From positions 1 to 54,118 of the forward strand of contig JAAFKJ010000081.1 of the NCBI GenBank assembly GCA_021399395.1: a stretch of 54,118 bases of DNA, in the 5' to 3' direction. Source of the stretch: Candidatus Heimdallarchaeota archaeon (GTDB lineage: Archaea > Asgardarchaeota > Heimdallarchaeia > Heimdallarchaeales > Heimdallarchaeaceae). A program made the position numbers and the translations under genes. The notes below the pieces were generated by a model, which did not search any database, was not told the origin of the DNA, and was given only the letters and a program-made list of their open reading frames with translations. Position 1 is the stretch's first letter. Every line of letters begins with the position of its first letter. Shown here in pieces: positions 21,234 through 31,342 of this stretch.

Positions 21234-21335
21234 AATCAGTCTAAAAGCAAATGAAACTATAAAATATAAAAATATGTTTAACAAAAACCGATTCTGTTAC
21301 AATAATTTTTTAAGAGTTCAATTCCGCATTCTATT

Positions 21336-22523
21336 ATGGAAAAAATTGAAATTATAGAGATTGATGGTCAAAATGATGAAGCAATAGAGATGGCTTTCTA
21401 TGCATTTTATCCTTCTCCAGGCGATGTAGATACCATCAAAAAGATGAAACCTTACTTCAAAGACGATACTTCATTAATATTGTATGAAGATGACAAACCA
21501 GTTTCTGCTATAATTTGCAAACCTATCCCCCAGAATGTCCGAGGAATAATAATACCTATGTGTGGTCTTCAAAATGTAGCAACTGATCCTGAAGCTAGAA
21601 GAAAAGGGTATTCAAAGAAATTGATGCACAAATCATTTGAACATATGAAGAAAAAGGATTATGTATTTTCAACACTTTATCCTTTCAAAGAATCTTATTA
21701 TGAAGGATTTGGTTATATTAGTTTTCCACAGGTAAAAACTGCGATTTTTTCCCCTAAGCAAATTACAGGTCTCTTAAAAGAGGATCTACCAGGTGAAGTT
21801 GAAAGACTTAGTTTTGCTGATGGATTTGAGATTTATGAAAAATTCTTGAAGGAAGTCCAGAATTCTCTTCATGGAATGGGGATGAAACATACAACAGAGA
21901 TAATCAGATACAAAGAAAATTCAAAAGAATGGGTGGCTATTGCCAAGTCAGAAAATAGAATTGTTGGAGTTATGACTTACAGAATAACAGGATTTTGGAA
22001 AGAAATTAAAGTCCGTGATTTCTTCTATAGCAACTCCTTAGGTAAATTTCTATTATTACAATTCTTGGCAATACACGCTGATCAAGTCAACGAAATTCAT
22101 CTAATTAACATCAAACCAGATGAATCTCCAGAAACATGGATAAACGATACATTTTGGGGAGAAAAAGGTAAAATAATTAGTAGAGAATGGGTGCCATCAT
22201 GTATGGGGAGAATTATACAAGTAGGAAAAATGTCTGGTATGCAAGTTGGAGAAGGAGAAATTTCTGTAAAAGTAACAGACGAATACTGCGAGTGGAATAA
22301 TAGAACATTTAATTTTAAGAGTAACGATGGGATTTTAGAAGTAACTGAAAAAGAAGAAACAGATTGCGAACTATCTATACAAGGACTGTCAGCATTAATT
22401 TATGGGTGCTATACTCTCGATGATTTTGAGTTTAAAGGGTGGGGAAATCTTTCGTTAGAACATAAGATTAAACTAATAAAATTATTCCCAAAACTAAAAC
22501 CATTTTTACATGCAGATTTCTAA
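21336..22523 (+). CDS. GNAT N-acetyltransferase, Eis-like (GNAT plus C-terminal SCP2-like region)
   Basis: Acetyl-CoA binding motif A: VATDPEARRKGYSKKLM. The size of about 395 aa and the C-terminal extension are typical of Eis-type enzymes. Confidence 0.55.
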   Translation: MEKIEIIEIDGQNDEAIEMAFYAFYPSPGDVDTIKKMKPYFKDDTSLILYEDDKPVSAIICKPIPQNVRGIIIPMCGLQNVATDPEARRKGYSKKLMHKSFEHMKKKDYVFSTLYPFKESYYEGFGYISFPQVKTAIFSPKQITGLLKEDLPGEVERLSFADGFEIYEKFLKEVQNSLHGMGMKHTTEIIRYKENSKEWVAIAKSENRIVGVMTYRITGFWKEIKVRDFFYSNSLGKFLLLQFLAIHADQVNEIHLINIKPDESPETWINDTFWGEKGKIISREWVPSCMGRIIQVGKMSGMQVGEGEISVKVTDEYCEWNNRTFNFKSNDGILEVTEKEETDCELSIQGLSALIYGCYTLDDFEFKGWGNLSLEHKIKLIKLFPKLKPFLHADF

Positions 22524-22553
22524 GCGAAATCTCATTCTTTTCACATTTTTTTC

Positions 22554-23741
22554 TCACACTAATGCATCCCATATGGTAGGAGCAGAATCTGGATAAAATT
22601 TCTTTAAATCTTTAATTTCAATCGCTATTTTTCCTGTACTACCGTGAACGGAATAAGGTAATCTACTAACACGTTTTATATCAGTTGATACAGCTTTATC
22701 AATTCGAGGATATCTTCTAAGAATTATATCATTACCAATATTTCTTCTTACTTTCCAATCATAAGGCATAATCAAATTATACTGATTATGATCAAAAACC
22801 TTAGTTCCTTTAACCTGCTTTATTAGTTTGCTAGCTTTGAGCTCAGTCAAACCAAAATTCTCAAGTTCTATTTTTGTAACATTTAGAAGAGGACCTGAAC
22901 AATATTTACATTTGATATTTTGATCACGTATCCTTTTGTCTAAAGTATCGAATCTCACACCTTCTGCTTTTCTACCTGTTACTTCTTTAATCAATTCATA
23001 AGCTCTGAATTTAGATTTGCAATTTTGACATTGTAAAACGGGATTTTCTAGATCTTGAAGAAAAACATATTCAAAGTAGGGTTTCACTAACAGAGAAAAG
23101 ATTCTGTTTCTAAGAGGTTTTGCTTCATTAGGAATTTCTTCTAGAGACTGAGAACGAGTAGGGTCATTTATCATTGTTAGATAGTTGAGGATAGAAATTC
23201 TTTGTTCATTCGTTAAACTCCTTGTTTCATTATCCATAACCCAGCCATGAACACCTCTTCTTCCAGAGAAAAACCATTTCATCTCTTTAAACCCAAAATC
23301 CTCTTTCATGGTTTCATCTATGAATAAAGCAGCTTCTAAAGCAAGATTCCAACAGAACTCACAATAAACATACTTTTCACACCCACATGTGCGTACTCCC
23401 ACATAATTGCCTTCTGAATCATGGGCATCATAATCGCTGAGGTCGATATCAAAAATAAACTCTCTATATTTCCATCCAATATCTTGTACTCTATTATTTT
23501 TGGACGGTGGTTTATCATAGACAGCTCCAACATAAGCACTTTCTACAGAATTAGAATACATATACTCTTTCATTTTTTCTGGAGTTCTAAAGGAAATATT
23601 TCTGACAACATTTTTATTAACAATGAACATGAATTCTCTAGTTTCAAAGTCTTCAAGACCGATGTAAGAAATAAAACGGTCTAGAGGAAATTTCTTTTTG
23701 TAGTACTCTGAAAGCATATCAGAAGTTAGATTCTCAGTCAT
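22554..23741 (-). CDS. priS: DNA primase small (catalytic) subunit PriS
   Basis: Catalytic Asp motif EFIFDIDLSDYD. Also SGRRGVHGWV and RVSRLPYSVHGSTG. Zinc-knuckle cysteines CGCEKYVYCEFC. Confidence 0.85.
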   Translation of the reverse strand: MTENLTSDMLSEYYKKKFPLDRFISYIGLEDFETREFMFIVNKNVVRNISFRTPEKMKEYMYSNSVESAYVGAVYDKPPSKNNRVQDIGWKYREFIFDIDLSDYDAHDSEGNYVGVRTCGCEKYVYCEFCWNLALEAALFIDETMKEDFGFKEMKWFFSGRRGVHGWVMDNETRSLTNEQRISILNYLTMINDPTRSQSLEEIPNEAKPLRNRIFSLLVKPYFEYVFLQDLENPVLQCQNCKSKFRAYELIKEVTGRKAEGVRFDTLDKRIRDQNIKCKYCSGPLLNVTKIELENFGLTELKASKLIKQVKGTKVFDHNQYNLIMPYDWKVRRNIGNDIILRRYPRIDKAVSTDIKRVSRLPYSVHGSTGKIAIEIKDLKKFYPDSAPTIWDALV

Positions 23742-25086
23742 TGTCCTCAGCCTCCTCTTCTTCTACTTTTGCGTCTTTCTTACCATAAAATCTCTTATAA
23801 GCTAGTCCCGTATAGCTCATCATCTGGTTAATATGATTGCCTTTAATAGACCATCCTGTAAGGAATCTAAAGTACCTTGCACATGCTTTTTTGTATTGTT
23901 GGTCACGCTGTAATTTGGATATGTCTTCAATAGCTGCATCAAGAGATTTCTTGTCTTTTTCTGCAAAACGAATCTTCATGTCTTCAATAATCTTATCGGT
24001 CCTCTTATGAGCCCAATAACAGAAGTAACTGTTTATACATTTTGTACAACTTGGAGGGCTGTAATCTATCCCTCCACCAACTTTTCCATACATATGCTTA
24101 AGTTGGTAATTCACTCTTTGCTTGAATTGTTCAAATGAGATACCAATATTATCAACTGAGTTTTCGTACCAAAATCTTTGTTGTTCCTCGACAGTCATTC
24201 CAGCTTTCTTCAGAAAAATCCCTAGTTGCCAGTTTTCCATGTGTGCAAGATGACCCTCTGATTTCAGAATTCCGATGAGCTCTTGAATACAAGGTGGAAA
24301 GAGTTCTGATTTTGTAAGTATTTCAACTCCTTCATCAATACCAAGGCTAAGATAATCCTTAGAGAGTCTTCTTGATTTAGCTATTTTTTGAATCTTATCG
24401 AAAATTGGTTTTATAGCAGCTTTCAATCCTTCATCATTAACAACTAACTCTTTGGATTTTTCAACAACCTCTCTCAACTGCTTCTCGAATTCTCTCTTAA
24501 CAGCTAGACGTATATCAGCTAGGGTAACAATTCCCCATCCTTTGTAAAGAAGAACCTTCCTTGCAGAAATGATTGCAGGGATTTTCGTGAAGTGAATAGC
24601 AACTTTTTTCTCAAGATCTCTTACATTGGAACCAAACCTACTTTTGGTATATTTTACAGAGCGAGTTTCAATGTTTGCTATGCTGAAATGCCTATAAATG
24701 TCAATTCCATACATTTCATTGATTTCTTGAATTTCTTTTACATTTTCTGTCGAATATAATTCTTTTAACACATTGATTTTTTCATCAAGGCTAGAGGTGC
24801 TTATGAACCTGAATTCAAATAAATCCCCCTCAACCTCAATTAACCATGTTGTCAATCTTGGGTCTTGTGATACAGCTAATTTAAGAAAAGTATGTCCGCC
24901 GAATTCTTCAACTATTATTTTGTTCCACTCATCATCTGACATCCATGATGGGCGAGATATATTCCATAAATCTTCAGAAATAAGACGGTCTAAACGCTCA
25001 TCTGCATATTTATTCCCAACTTCTATATCTAATGATATATTACCAGGATCTTTTAGAACGAACCAATCTGGAACTTCAGTGGACAT
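23734..25086 (-). CDS. priL: DNA primase large subunit PriL
   Basis: Conserved LFPPCIQELIGILKSEGHLAHMENWQLGIFLKKAGM block. C-terminal Fe-S cysteines PPSCTKCINSYFCYW. The stop overlaps the priS start by 8 nt (ATGACTGA). Confidence 0.8.
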   Translation of the reverse strand: MSTEVPDWFVLKDPGNISLDIEVGNKYADERLDRLISEDLWNISRPSWMSDDEWNKIIVEEFGGHTFLKLAVSQDPRLTTWLIEVEGDLFEFRFISTSSLDEKINVLKELYSTENVKEIQEINEMYGIDIYRHFSIANIETRSVKYTKSRFGSNVRDLEKKVAIHFTKIPAIISARKVLLYKGWGIVTLADIRLAVKREFEKQLREVVEKSKELVVNDEGLKAAIKPIFDKIQKIAKSRRLSKDYLSLGIDEGVEILTKSELFPPCIQELIGILKSEGHLAHMENWQLGIFLKKAGMTVEEQQRFWYENSVDNIGISFEQFKQRVNYQLKHMYGKVGGGIDYSPPSCTKCINSYFCYWAHKRTDKIIEDMKIRFAEKDKKSLDAAIEDISKLQRDQQYKKACARYFRFLTGWSIKGNHINQMMSYTGLAYKRFYGKKDAKVEEEEAEDND

Positions 25087-25120
25087 GATACTTCCTAGTT
25101 TAGAAAGTAAAATACCAATA

Positions 25121-26275
25121 TTAAAAAAATTGTGTTAAAGTTTTTTGATTATCATCGATTTTACGGAGGTTAGAAATTTTAACACCAACCAACCTAATAT
25201 CTTCAGGTTTTTTATGTTCAAATTCCTCTAGAAGTTTCTTGACAACAATTCTAACATGTTTGGCAGATGTATTGAAACTAGTTAATGAATGAGCTCTTGT
25301 ATAAGTTTCAAAGTTCTTAAAACGAATTTTGAGAGAAATAGTTTTAAAACTCATTTTCTTGATTGTTAATCTAGAAACTATTGCGTCAATTGAAGAATCT
25401 ATTCTAATCCATATTTCTTCCCATGAATTATATCTGTCAAAGAATGTTCGTTCTTCACTGATAGATTTTCTTTCATGACTAACAAACTTTTCTTCAGTAT
25501 TTTCAGTATTATACCCATTTACAAGTTTCCATGTTTTGAGCCCATATTTGCCAAATTTTTGATAGGCAAGTTGATGAGGAAGTTTGGCAAGATCACCACA
25601 TAGTGTGACATTCTCATTGCTGAAGACTTCAGAACTTTTCTTCCCAACACCAGGAATAATAGTGATTTTCAATGGCGCTAGAAATTCAGCTATTTCGAGT
25701 GGTTTAACAACAACTAAACCATCTGGTTTGTCTGAATCAGAAGCAATTTTGGATAATATTCTATTTGGTGCAATTCCTATAGAACAGGTTAATTCCTCAT
25801 TTGCATAGACTTCATCTTTTAATTCGGTTGCTAATCTCTTTGCTTCTTCATAATCAGATACAACATCAGTCAAATCTAAATAAGCTTCATCATTACCGGC
25901 CACCCTCATAGTTGGGGAATAACGTCCAAGGATTCTCATTATTCTTTTAGACACTTCCCCATAAAGCTTGTAAGATCCTCTAACCATTGTTAAATGAGGA
26001 CACAATTTAAGTGCTTGATTGATTGGCATACCTGAATGAATTCCAAATTTTCTTGCTTCATAGGAACAAGTACTTACCACACCTCGCTTGGTTTTTGGGT
26101 TCCCACCTACAACTATTGGTATCCCCGCTAACTCTGGATCCTCTCTGATTTCTACTGATGCAAAAAAAGCATCTAAATCCATGTAGAGAATAATGGAATC
26201 AAATGTTTGTTCTTTTTCAGAGAAATAAACAATTTGGTTAGCAAGGGTCATACTATACTTAAATGGATTTTTCAA
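25121..26275 (-). CDS. dinB: Y-family DNA polymerase IV (Dpo4/DinB-like)
   Basis: YMDLDAFFASVE, SIDEAYLDL-equivalent NDEAYLDLTD, SIGIAPNRILSKIASD, IPGVGKK. The N-terminal extension relative to typical Dpo4 leaves the start uncertain. Confidence 0.85.
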   Translation of the reverse strand: MKNPFKYSMTLANQIVYFSEKEQTFDSIILYMDLDAFFASVEIREDPELAGIPIVVGGNPKTKRGVVSTCSYEARKFGIHSGMPINQALKLCPHLTMVRGSYKLYGEVSKRIMRILGRYSPTMRVAGNDEAYLDLTDVVSDYEEAKRLATELKDEVYANEELTCSIGIAPNRILSKIASDSDKPDGLVVVKPLEIAEFLAPLKITIIPGVGKKSSEVFSNENVTLCGDLAKLPHQLAYQKFGKYGLKTWKLVNGYNTENTEEKFVSHERKSISEERTFFDRYNSWEEIWIRIDSSIDAIVSRLTIKKMSFKTISLKIRFKNFETYTRAHSLTSFNTSAKHVRIVVKKLLEEFEHKKPEDIRLVGVKISNLRKIDDNQKTLTQFF

Positions 26276-26305
26276 TATAAAAATACAAAAAAAGGGGAAA
26301 AGAGG

Positions 26306-28330
26306 TTATTTTCTTTTACGAATGAAAATAACAACTAATGCTACAACGCTTAAAATAGGTAACGCAATTAGAGGCAACAATTCAGGAGTTATGTCAGGAA
26401 CATCACCAGGAGTTGGATCTGTGATTACGAAATCGTTATTACAATTGTCTGAATCAACATTGCCATATTCTCGTTGAAGTGTCATATCTTCTCCTGTAAC
26501 ATCTCCACTCCAGGAGGTAACACCTGGTATACTTCCAGATCCCCAAGCAACACCATCTTTTGTTGCGCCAGAAGGATCTTTAAGTATTATATCATCTCCA
26601 GTATTGGCGAGTTGAATGTCTCCTAATCCATAATCTGCAGCTGGTGCAGTAACACCCAGATCACTCATTGCACTTTGATAGGCTGCGTTATCAGAACAGA
26701 ATATCAACACTCCATCTGACTCTATCTGCGCATCAACAGGAAGATTATATTCTCCTTCACTATCAGTTAATGACCAACCTTCAAGATATATCGCAAAATC
26801 AAATGCATTATACACCTCAACAAATTCATCATTTGGTTCAGCAACCGCATCATATCTAACTTCAGTGATTAGAAGATTCCATTCACCTACATTGATAATG
26901 TTGATTTTAGATACTACTTCAATTGGGTCTCCGACTGTTGGGGTTCCAATAATTTTGACAGTATGTATGCCATCATCATATGAATCTGTGTCAATATTTA
27001 TACCTACAATACCATCAGGTGCAGACCATACGTGTTTTGATGAACCATCAATGAATATTTCTCCTTCGGTGTATGTATTTACTGCAAATGAAGCTTGGAA
27101 GTTGTAATCACCAGAAGCTATACCGCCTACTTTAGGGGATACAAGAGCAACAGGGGCTGCAAAACCCACTGGTACTTCACTGTTAGCCCAATCATAATCA
27201 AAAACTGTTTTGAAATGAGCAGCAATATTGGAATTCTTGACAATTGCTCCTGCTTCTCTGTTATTTTCAAAAGAGTTATTTGACCAGTTAATGCTTGAAA
27301 CTTGAACTGTTTCACCATCTACAGATACATACTTGTTATGGTTGTGACCTAGTCCTTTGAAGAACCTAACTTGTGCTCCGTTGTTGATGAGCTCTTCTGT
27401 AACATTCTCGTTTGCAACACCTGGTTCTGGAATTAATACTCTTACTGCAACACCTCTAAGAGCTGCATCAATGACATCATCAAGCAAATCGCAATCAAAT
27501 TTCATGTATTGTAACTCTAGATCCAAACTGGTAGTAGCTGATTGAACGAGATTAGAGAGTAGTTCATAAGCATTATCAGGTGCAAAAATTGGAGTTACTT
27601 CTGCATACTCAACAAAGGTTGCGTAGTCAAAGGGGTGTTCATATGTACCTGAGGTTTCATTTGCCTGTAGATTACCAGTAGGAGCTTCTGAAACATAAGC
27701 AGTAGAAATTAATCCATCATCTATGAACACTTCTTCGTAATAAGCAGCAATTGCTGCATCATCAAAAATGAATCCCATCTCTCTGTTTGTTCTTGCTCCT
27801 TCATATTGAGGGATACTTGATGGTGCCCAATTTCCAGAATAAATGTAAGCTTGTTGACTGTCTACAATCCAGAATTTAGCATGGGTAAAAGTAAATGAAC
27901 TACTTGTCCAGAAAACATCTATTCCCGCATTATCCAGTCTCCAAGCTGCTTCTTCAGTGTATTCATCTTCGTAACTATTTACACGATCGTCAGAGAGCTG
28001 GACGACTACATCAACTCCTCTATCATAAGCTCTGATTAACTCACTAACAAGAGGTTCACTTGAGAGAGTATAAACTTCAAGATAGAAAGATGTTTGAGCA
28101 TTCTTAATTGAATTTAATACGATCTCATAAGCATTATCAGGACCGACAAAAGCTGTGATATTTGTAGTGCCTGTAAAAGTTTCAGTAACTATTGCATTTG
28201 TCACAAATCCATCGGTTCCGATTGAAATTTGATTACTTGCAATTACTTGATTTTCACTATTAATTGTAGAAAATACTGGCAAAAGAAGCGACAAAATGAC
28301 TAATAGACTAAATTGTTTTTTTCTTAACAT
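26306..28330 (-). CDS. Secreted phospholipase-D-superfamily (two HKD motifs) protein with lamin-tail domain and C-terminal TM anchor
   Basis: Signal peptide KKQFSLLVILSLLLPVFSTINS. HKD-1 is HAKFWIVDSQQAYIYSGNW and HKD-2 is HNKYVSVDGETVQVSSINW. LTD-like region LLITEVRYDAVAEPNDEFVEVYNAFDFAIYLEGWSLTD...LANTGDDIILKDPSGATKDGVAWG. Anchor LPLIALPILSVVALVVIFIRKRK. Confidence 0.7.
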   Translation of the reverse strand: MLRKKQFSLLVILSLLLPVFSTINSENQVIASNQISIGTDGFVTNAIVTETFTGTTNITAFVGPDNAYEIVLNSIKNAQTSFYLEVYTLSSEPLVSELIRAYDRGVDVVVQLSDDRVNSYEDEYTEEAAWRLDNAGIDVFWTSSSFTFTHAKFWIVDSQQAYIYSGNWAPSSIPQYEGARTNREMGFIFDDAAIAAYYEEVFIDDGLISTAYVSEAPTGNLQANETSGTYEHPFDYATFVEYAEVTPIFAPDNAYELLSNLVQSATTSLDLELQYMKFDCDLLDDVIDAALRGVAVRVLIPEPGVANENVTEELINNGAQVRFFKGLGHNHNKYVSVDGETVQVSSINWSNNSFENNREAGAIVKNSNIAAHFKTVFDYDWANSEVPVGFAAPVALVSPKVGGIASGDYNFQASFAVNTYTEGEIFIDGSSKHVWSAPDGIVGINIDTDSYDDGIHTVKIIGTPTVGDPIEVVSKINIINVGEWNLLITEVRYDAVAEPNDEFVEVYNAFDFAIYLEGWSLTDSEGEYNLPVDAQIESDGVLIFCSDNAAYQSAMSDLGVTAPAADYGLGDIQLANTGDDIILKDPSGATKDGVAWGSGSIPGVTSWSGDVTGEDMTLQREYGNVDSDNCNNDFVITDPTPGDVPDITPELLPLIALPILSVVALVVIFIRKRK

Positions 28331-28396
28331 AGGTATACATACAAATTTTCCCTTAATAAATATGTATCGACCACACGAAAAAAAAAGAATATGAAT

Positions 28397-28852
28397 TTAC
28401 CTAGCTTTCTTTAACAATTCAAAAGCTCTTTTCATTTCAATTGATGCATTAGGTCTACGTGCAGTTCGCTGAATGAGTCTTTCAAACTGATTATATTCTT
28501 TCTCTGTCATATCAAGTGTTTGGATTATTTCGCTTTTTGATAAATTGTCTGCTGATGGAAAATCTGCTAATTCATTTGCGAATTCTATCGGTGTCAATCT
28601 TTCTTTCAACACTTGAGAAGGTTCTCCCCAAACTTGTTTTAGGAAACTAAGATCTTCTTCATTTGCTCCCCAGACGTGAATTGAATAAACATTATCGCTA
28701 AGTTTTTCTGAAATTTTGATTCGAGACTTAACGAAGATGAAATGACCATCTCCTGTATCATGTTTCCTTACTTGTGTATTATATCTCGGCGCGATTTTTT
28801 GGAGTTGGTTTAATATTTGTTGTTTATCGACTGGTTTGAAAATTAATTTCAT
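28397..28852 (-). CDS. Hypothetical protein (151 aa)
   Basis: A clean ORF, co-oriented with flanking genes, with coding-like composition. No motif recognised. Confidence 0.4.
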   Translation of the reverse strand: MKLIFKPVDKQQILNQLQKIAPRYNTQVRKHDTGDGHFIFVKSRIKISEKLSDNVYSIHVWGANEEDLSFLKQVWGEPSQVLKERLTPIEFANELADFPSADNLSKSEIIQTLDMTEKEYNQFERLIQRTARRPNASIEMKRAFELLKKAR

Positions 28853-28907
28853 GTGTTGATAAAAGAATTAAAGAATAAAATTGTTTCTCAAGTGCTAAAT
28901 TGGTATA

Positions 28908-31046
28908 TCAGTTTTCGTGGAACTGGTAGAATTTCTCTATTCTCTCTTCAATTATACTTGATTCAGCTTGAACTAAATGCAAATTTTCTTTTAACCAATT
29001 TGGCAAGTGTTTTTTATAATAATGTCTAATAAATCGATAATCAAGAAGCACTATAACTGCATAATCTTCTAAACTTCTTATTGGTCTTCCAGCCGCTTGA
29101 GAGGCTCTTGTTAATGCAGGAATATTATATCCAAATTCTCTTCCTTTTGTTGGAAATTGGCTTTCGAGATATTCTATTGTTGCATTAATTGTGGGGCTTG
29201 GACGCGCATAAGGTATTCCTACAACAACCACACTTTGCATCTCAGCTCCTGGGTAATCACTTCCCTCTGATGATCTACCACCAAGGACTGAAATTAACAC
29301 TGCTCCATCTTTTCTAGATTCGTTTTTGAAATCCTCTAATAATTTATCATTGTCCAAAGAAGACATTCCTTGATGTGCAATGTAAAGGGGTTTTGATAGA
29401 CTTCGTTCTAGTCCAGTATCAAGGATACTTTTCATAATTGTGTAACTTGCACAGAAAATTCCTGTATTCTTTGGGGTTGAATCCACAACTGAACTAATGA
29501 CTTCAATCATCTTCAGAAAAGTAGCTGGAACCCTATCTTCCATTTTTGAAGATATTTTGTCAATTACTAGAGTAACATGATTTTCCTTATTATATGGGGA
29601 AGGCAAATTAAGTGTTATAGCTTGTGATTCAGGAACACCTACTAATGAAATATATGCATCAAATGGGTCTAATGTACCAGAAAGCGAGACAGTGAGGTAT
29701 GACTTATTGAATATTTCTTTTGTTATTGCTCTTGGATCAAGTGAAAGTGATATCAGTTTAGAATTAGTATCTCCACTCTTTGTTCTTGTTTTAGTTTGGA
29801 AGAAAGCATAATTTTGTTTTCCTTTATTTTCCAACAATTGTCCTAGATGTTTGGCAACAGCTGATGTATATGATAGGGGGGTCTTGTTTTGCTTAACTTG
29901 AATTTCTTTAACAAATTCACCTAATCTTTCAAGTGATTGAATGAGTTTGTCATCAATTTGTTGCATAGATCTTTTCTCAACTTTTTTCAAGAAATCACTT
30001 GGATCTATTCTGATTTCTTCATCAGTGTTTAGGTCCTTTGTATCATCAATCAACACAGCAGCCATAGCTTCTAACAGATCATAAATCTCTCCAGTTTTAT
30101 ATTTCAATGCTTCAGATTGAGCATGGTCTATAGAGTAGCTAGTTAGAGTGCTACTACTGATATCAACAGCTGTTGAAGGTAAATTATGTGCTTCATCAAT
30201 GATTAAAATAATATCATCTAATCCCTTCTCAAGACTTTGAAAAAGTGTATCACGAATCCCTGGATTGAAGATATATTGATAGCTTGCTGCAATTACTTTG
30301 GAATTAGAAATAACTCTTTTTGATATCTCAAAAGGACACATCTCTAATGATTTACCTATATCTAGAATTTCCAAACTATCTAGAATCTGATTGTGAGTAA
30401 TCTCTTTCATTTTATCTTGTTTAGGTTTCTTACCCATATTAACAAAATACTTACACTTCCCTTCCTTCTTCAAATAACTACATATATCTGCTGCATTAGC
30501 CGGATCTATAGCGAATTTTTGGATTATTGGATGTAAACATAACTCTTTCCGACCTCTAAGAGCAATTCCAGAAACAGGTTTGAGTTGTTTGATCATCTTG
30601 AGCTCTTCAATGACTCTACTCATCTGTTGATGTGTACGACATGTATAAATTACCGTCTTATTTTTCTCAAAAGCAATAGGTAAGACGGAAGATAAGACTG
30701 AAATTGTTTTTCCAACACCATTTGCCGCTTGAATAATAAAATGACTGCCTTTTTTCCCTTCTTCTGAGACAGATTCCATAATAGTTTTTTGTAGAGGTCT
30801 AATTGATAAATATGGGAAAAAACTCTCCCAATTCTTCAGACCAGATCTTTCATCTATAACTCGAGGATCTATTGTTTTGGAAGGTCTATTCGAAGCTGAT
30901 GACAATCCCTTCTTTTTCGAAACTGTGATTTTCTTACATTTAGAACATTGTTTCTCTCCAGGACCATTGGGAAGAATTTTGCCACAACTTGGACAAAAAA
31001 CATATTCTTCAACATCTGTTTCTCCCCCATTAGAATGTCCAGTCAT
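28908..31046 (-). CDS. xpd: XPD/Rad3-family 5'-3' DNA helicase with N-terminal zinc ribbon
   Basis: Walker A AANGVGKT and DEAH box IIDEAHNL. Four Fe-S cluster cysteines (CRTH..., ELCLHP, ICSYLKKEGKCKYF). C-terminal helicase motifs SEGSDYPG and QAAGRPIR. Extra N-terminal CPSCG...CSKCKK. Confidence 0.85.
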   Translation of the reverse strand: MTGHSNGGETDVEEYVFCPSCGKILPNGPGEKQCSKCKKITVSKKKGLSSASNRPSKTIDPRVIDERSGLKNWESFFPYLSIRPLQKTIMESVSEEGKKGSHFIIQAANGVGKTISVLSSVLPIAFEKNKTVIYTCRTHQQMSRVIEELKMIKQLKPVSGIALRGRKELCLHPIIQKFAIDPANAADICSYLKKEGKCKYFVNMGKKPKQDKMKEITHNQILDSLEILDIGKSLEMCPFEISKRVISNSKVIAASYQYIFNPGIRDTLFQSLEKGLDDIILIIDEAHNLPSTAVDISSSTLTSYSIDHAQSEALKYKTGEIYDLLEAMAAVLIDDTKDLNTDEEIRIDPSDFLKKVEKRSMQQIDDKLIQSLERLGEFVKEIQVKQNKTPLSYTSAVAKHLGQLLENKGKQNYAFFQTKTRTKSGDTNSKLISLSLDPRAITKEIFNKSYLTVSLSGTLDPFDAYISLVGVPESQAITLNLPSPYNKENHVTLVIDKISSKMEDRVPATFLKMIEVISSVVDSTPKNTGIFCASYTIMKSILDTGLERSLSKPLYIAHQGMSSLDNDKLLEDFKNESRKDGAVLISVLGGRSSEGSDYPGAEMQSVVVVGIPYARPSPTINATIEYLESQFPTKGREFGYNIPALTRASQAAGRPIRSLEDYAVIVLLDYRFIRHYYKKHLPNWLKENLHLVQAESSIIEERIEKFYQFHEN

Positions 31047-31342
31047 GAGCTTCTTTGCTTTCTTATTACTAGGTAATATAAGCTTTGTTAAGAGAGTAGA
31101 TTTAGTGTTTCTACAACAAGGAATCTCTGATTCTTCACTCTGTTAAAGGATTAATTATATAAATTACTCTGTACATATATTATATGGAACAGCTTTAAAC
31201 TAGACTGATACACAAAACAGCTAGTAATGTTTAAATATAACACAAAGGGAAAAGCTAGTTCAACAACTTGCTTTAGCAGTTGAAATAGCCTCTTTGGAAA
31301 GAAATTGAACTGGGGTAGGTTCTAGGTCTGGTTTGAGAAGCT

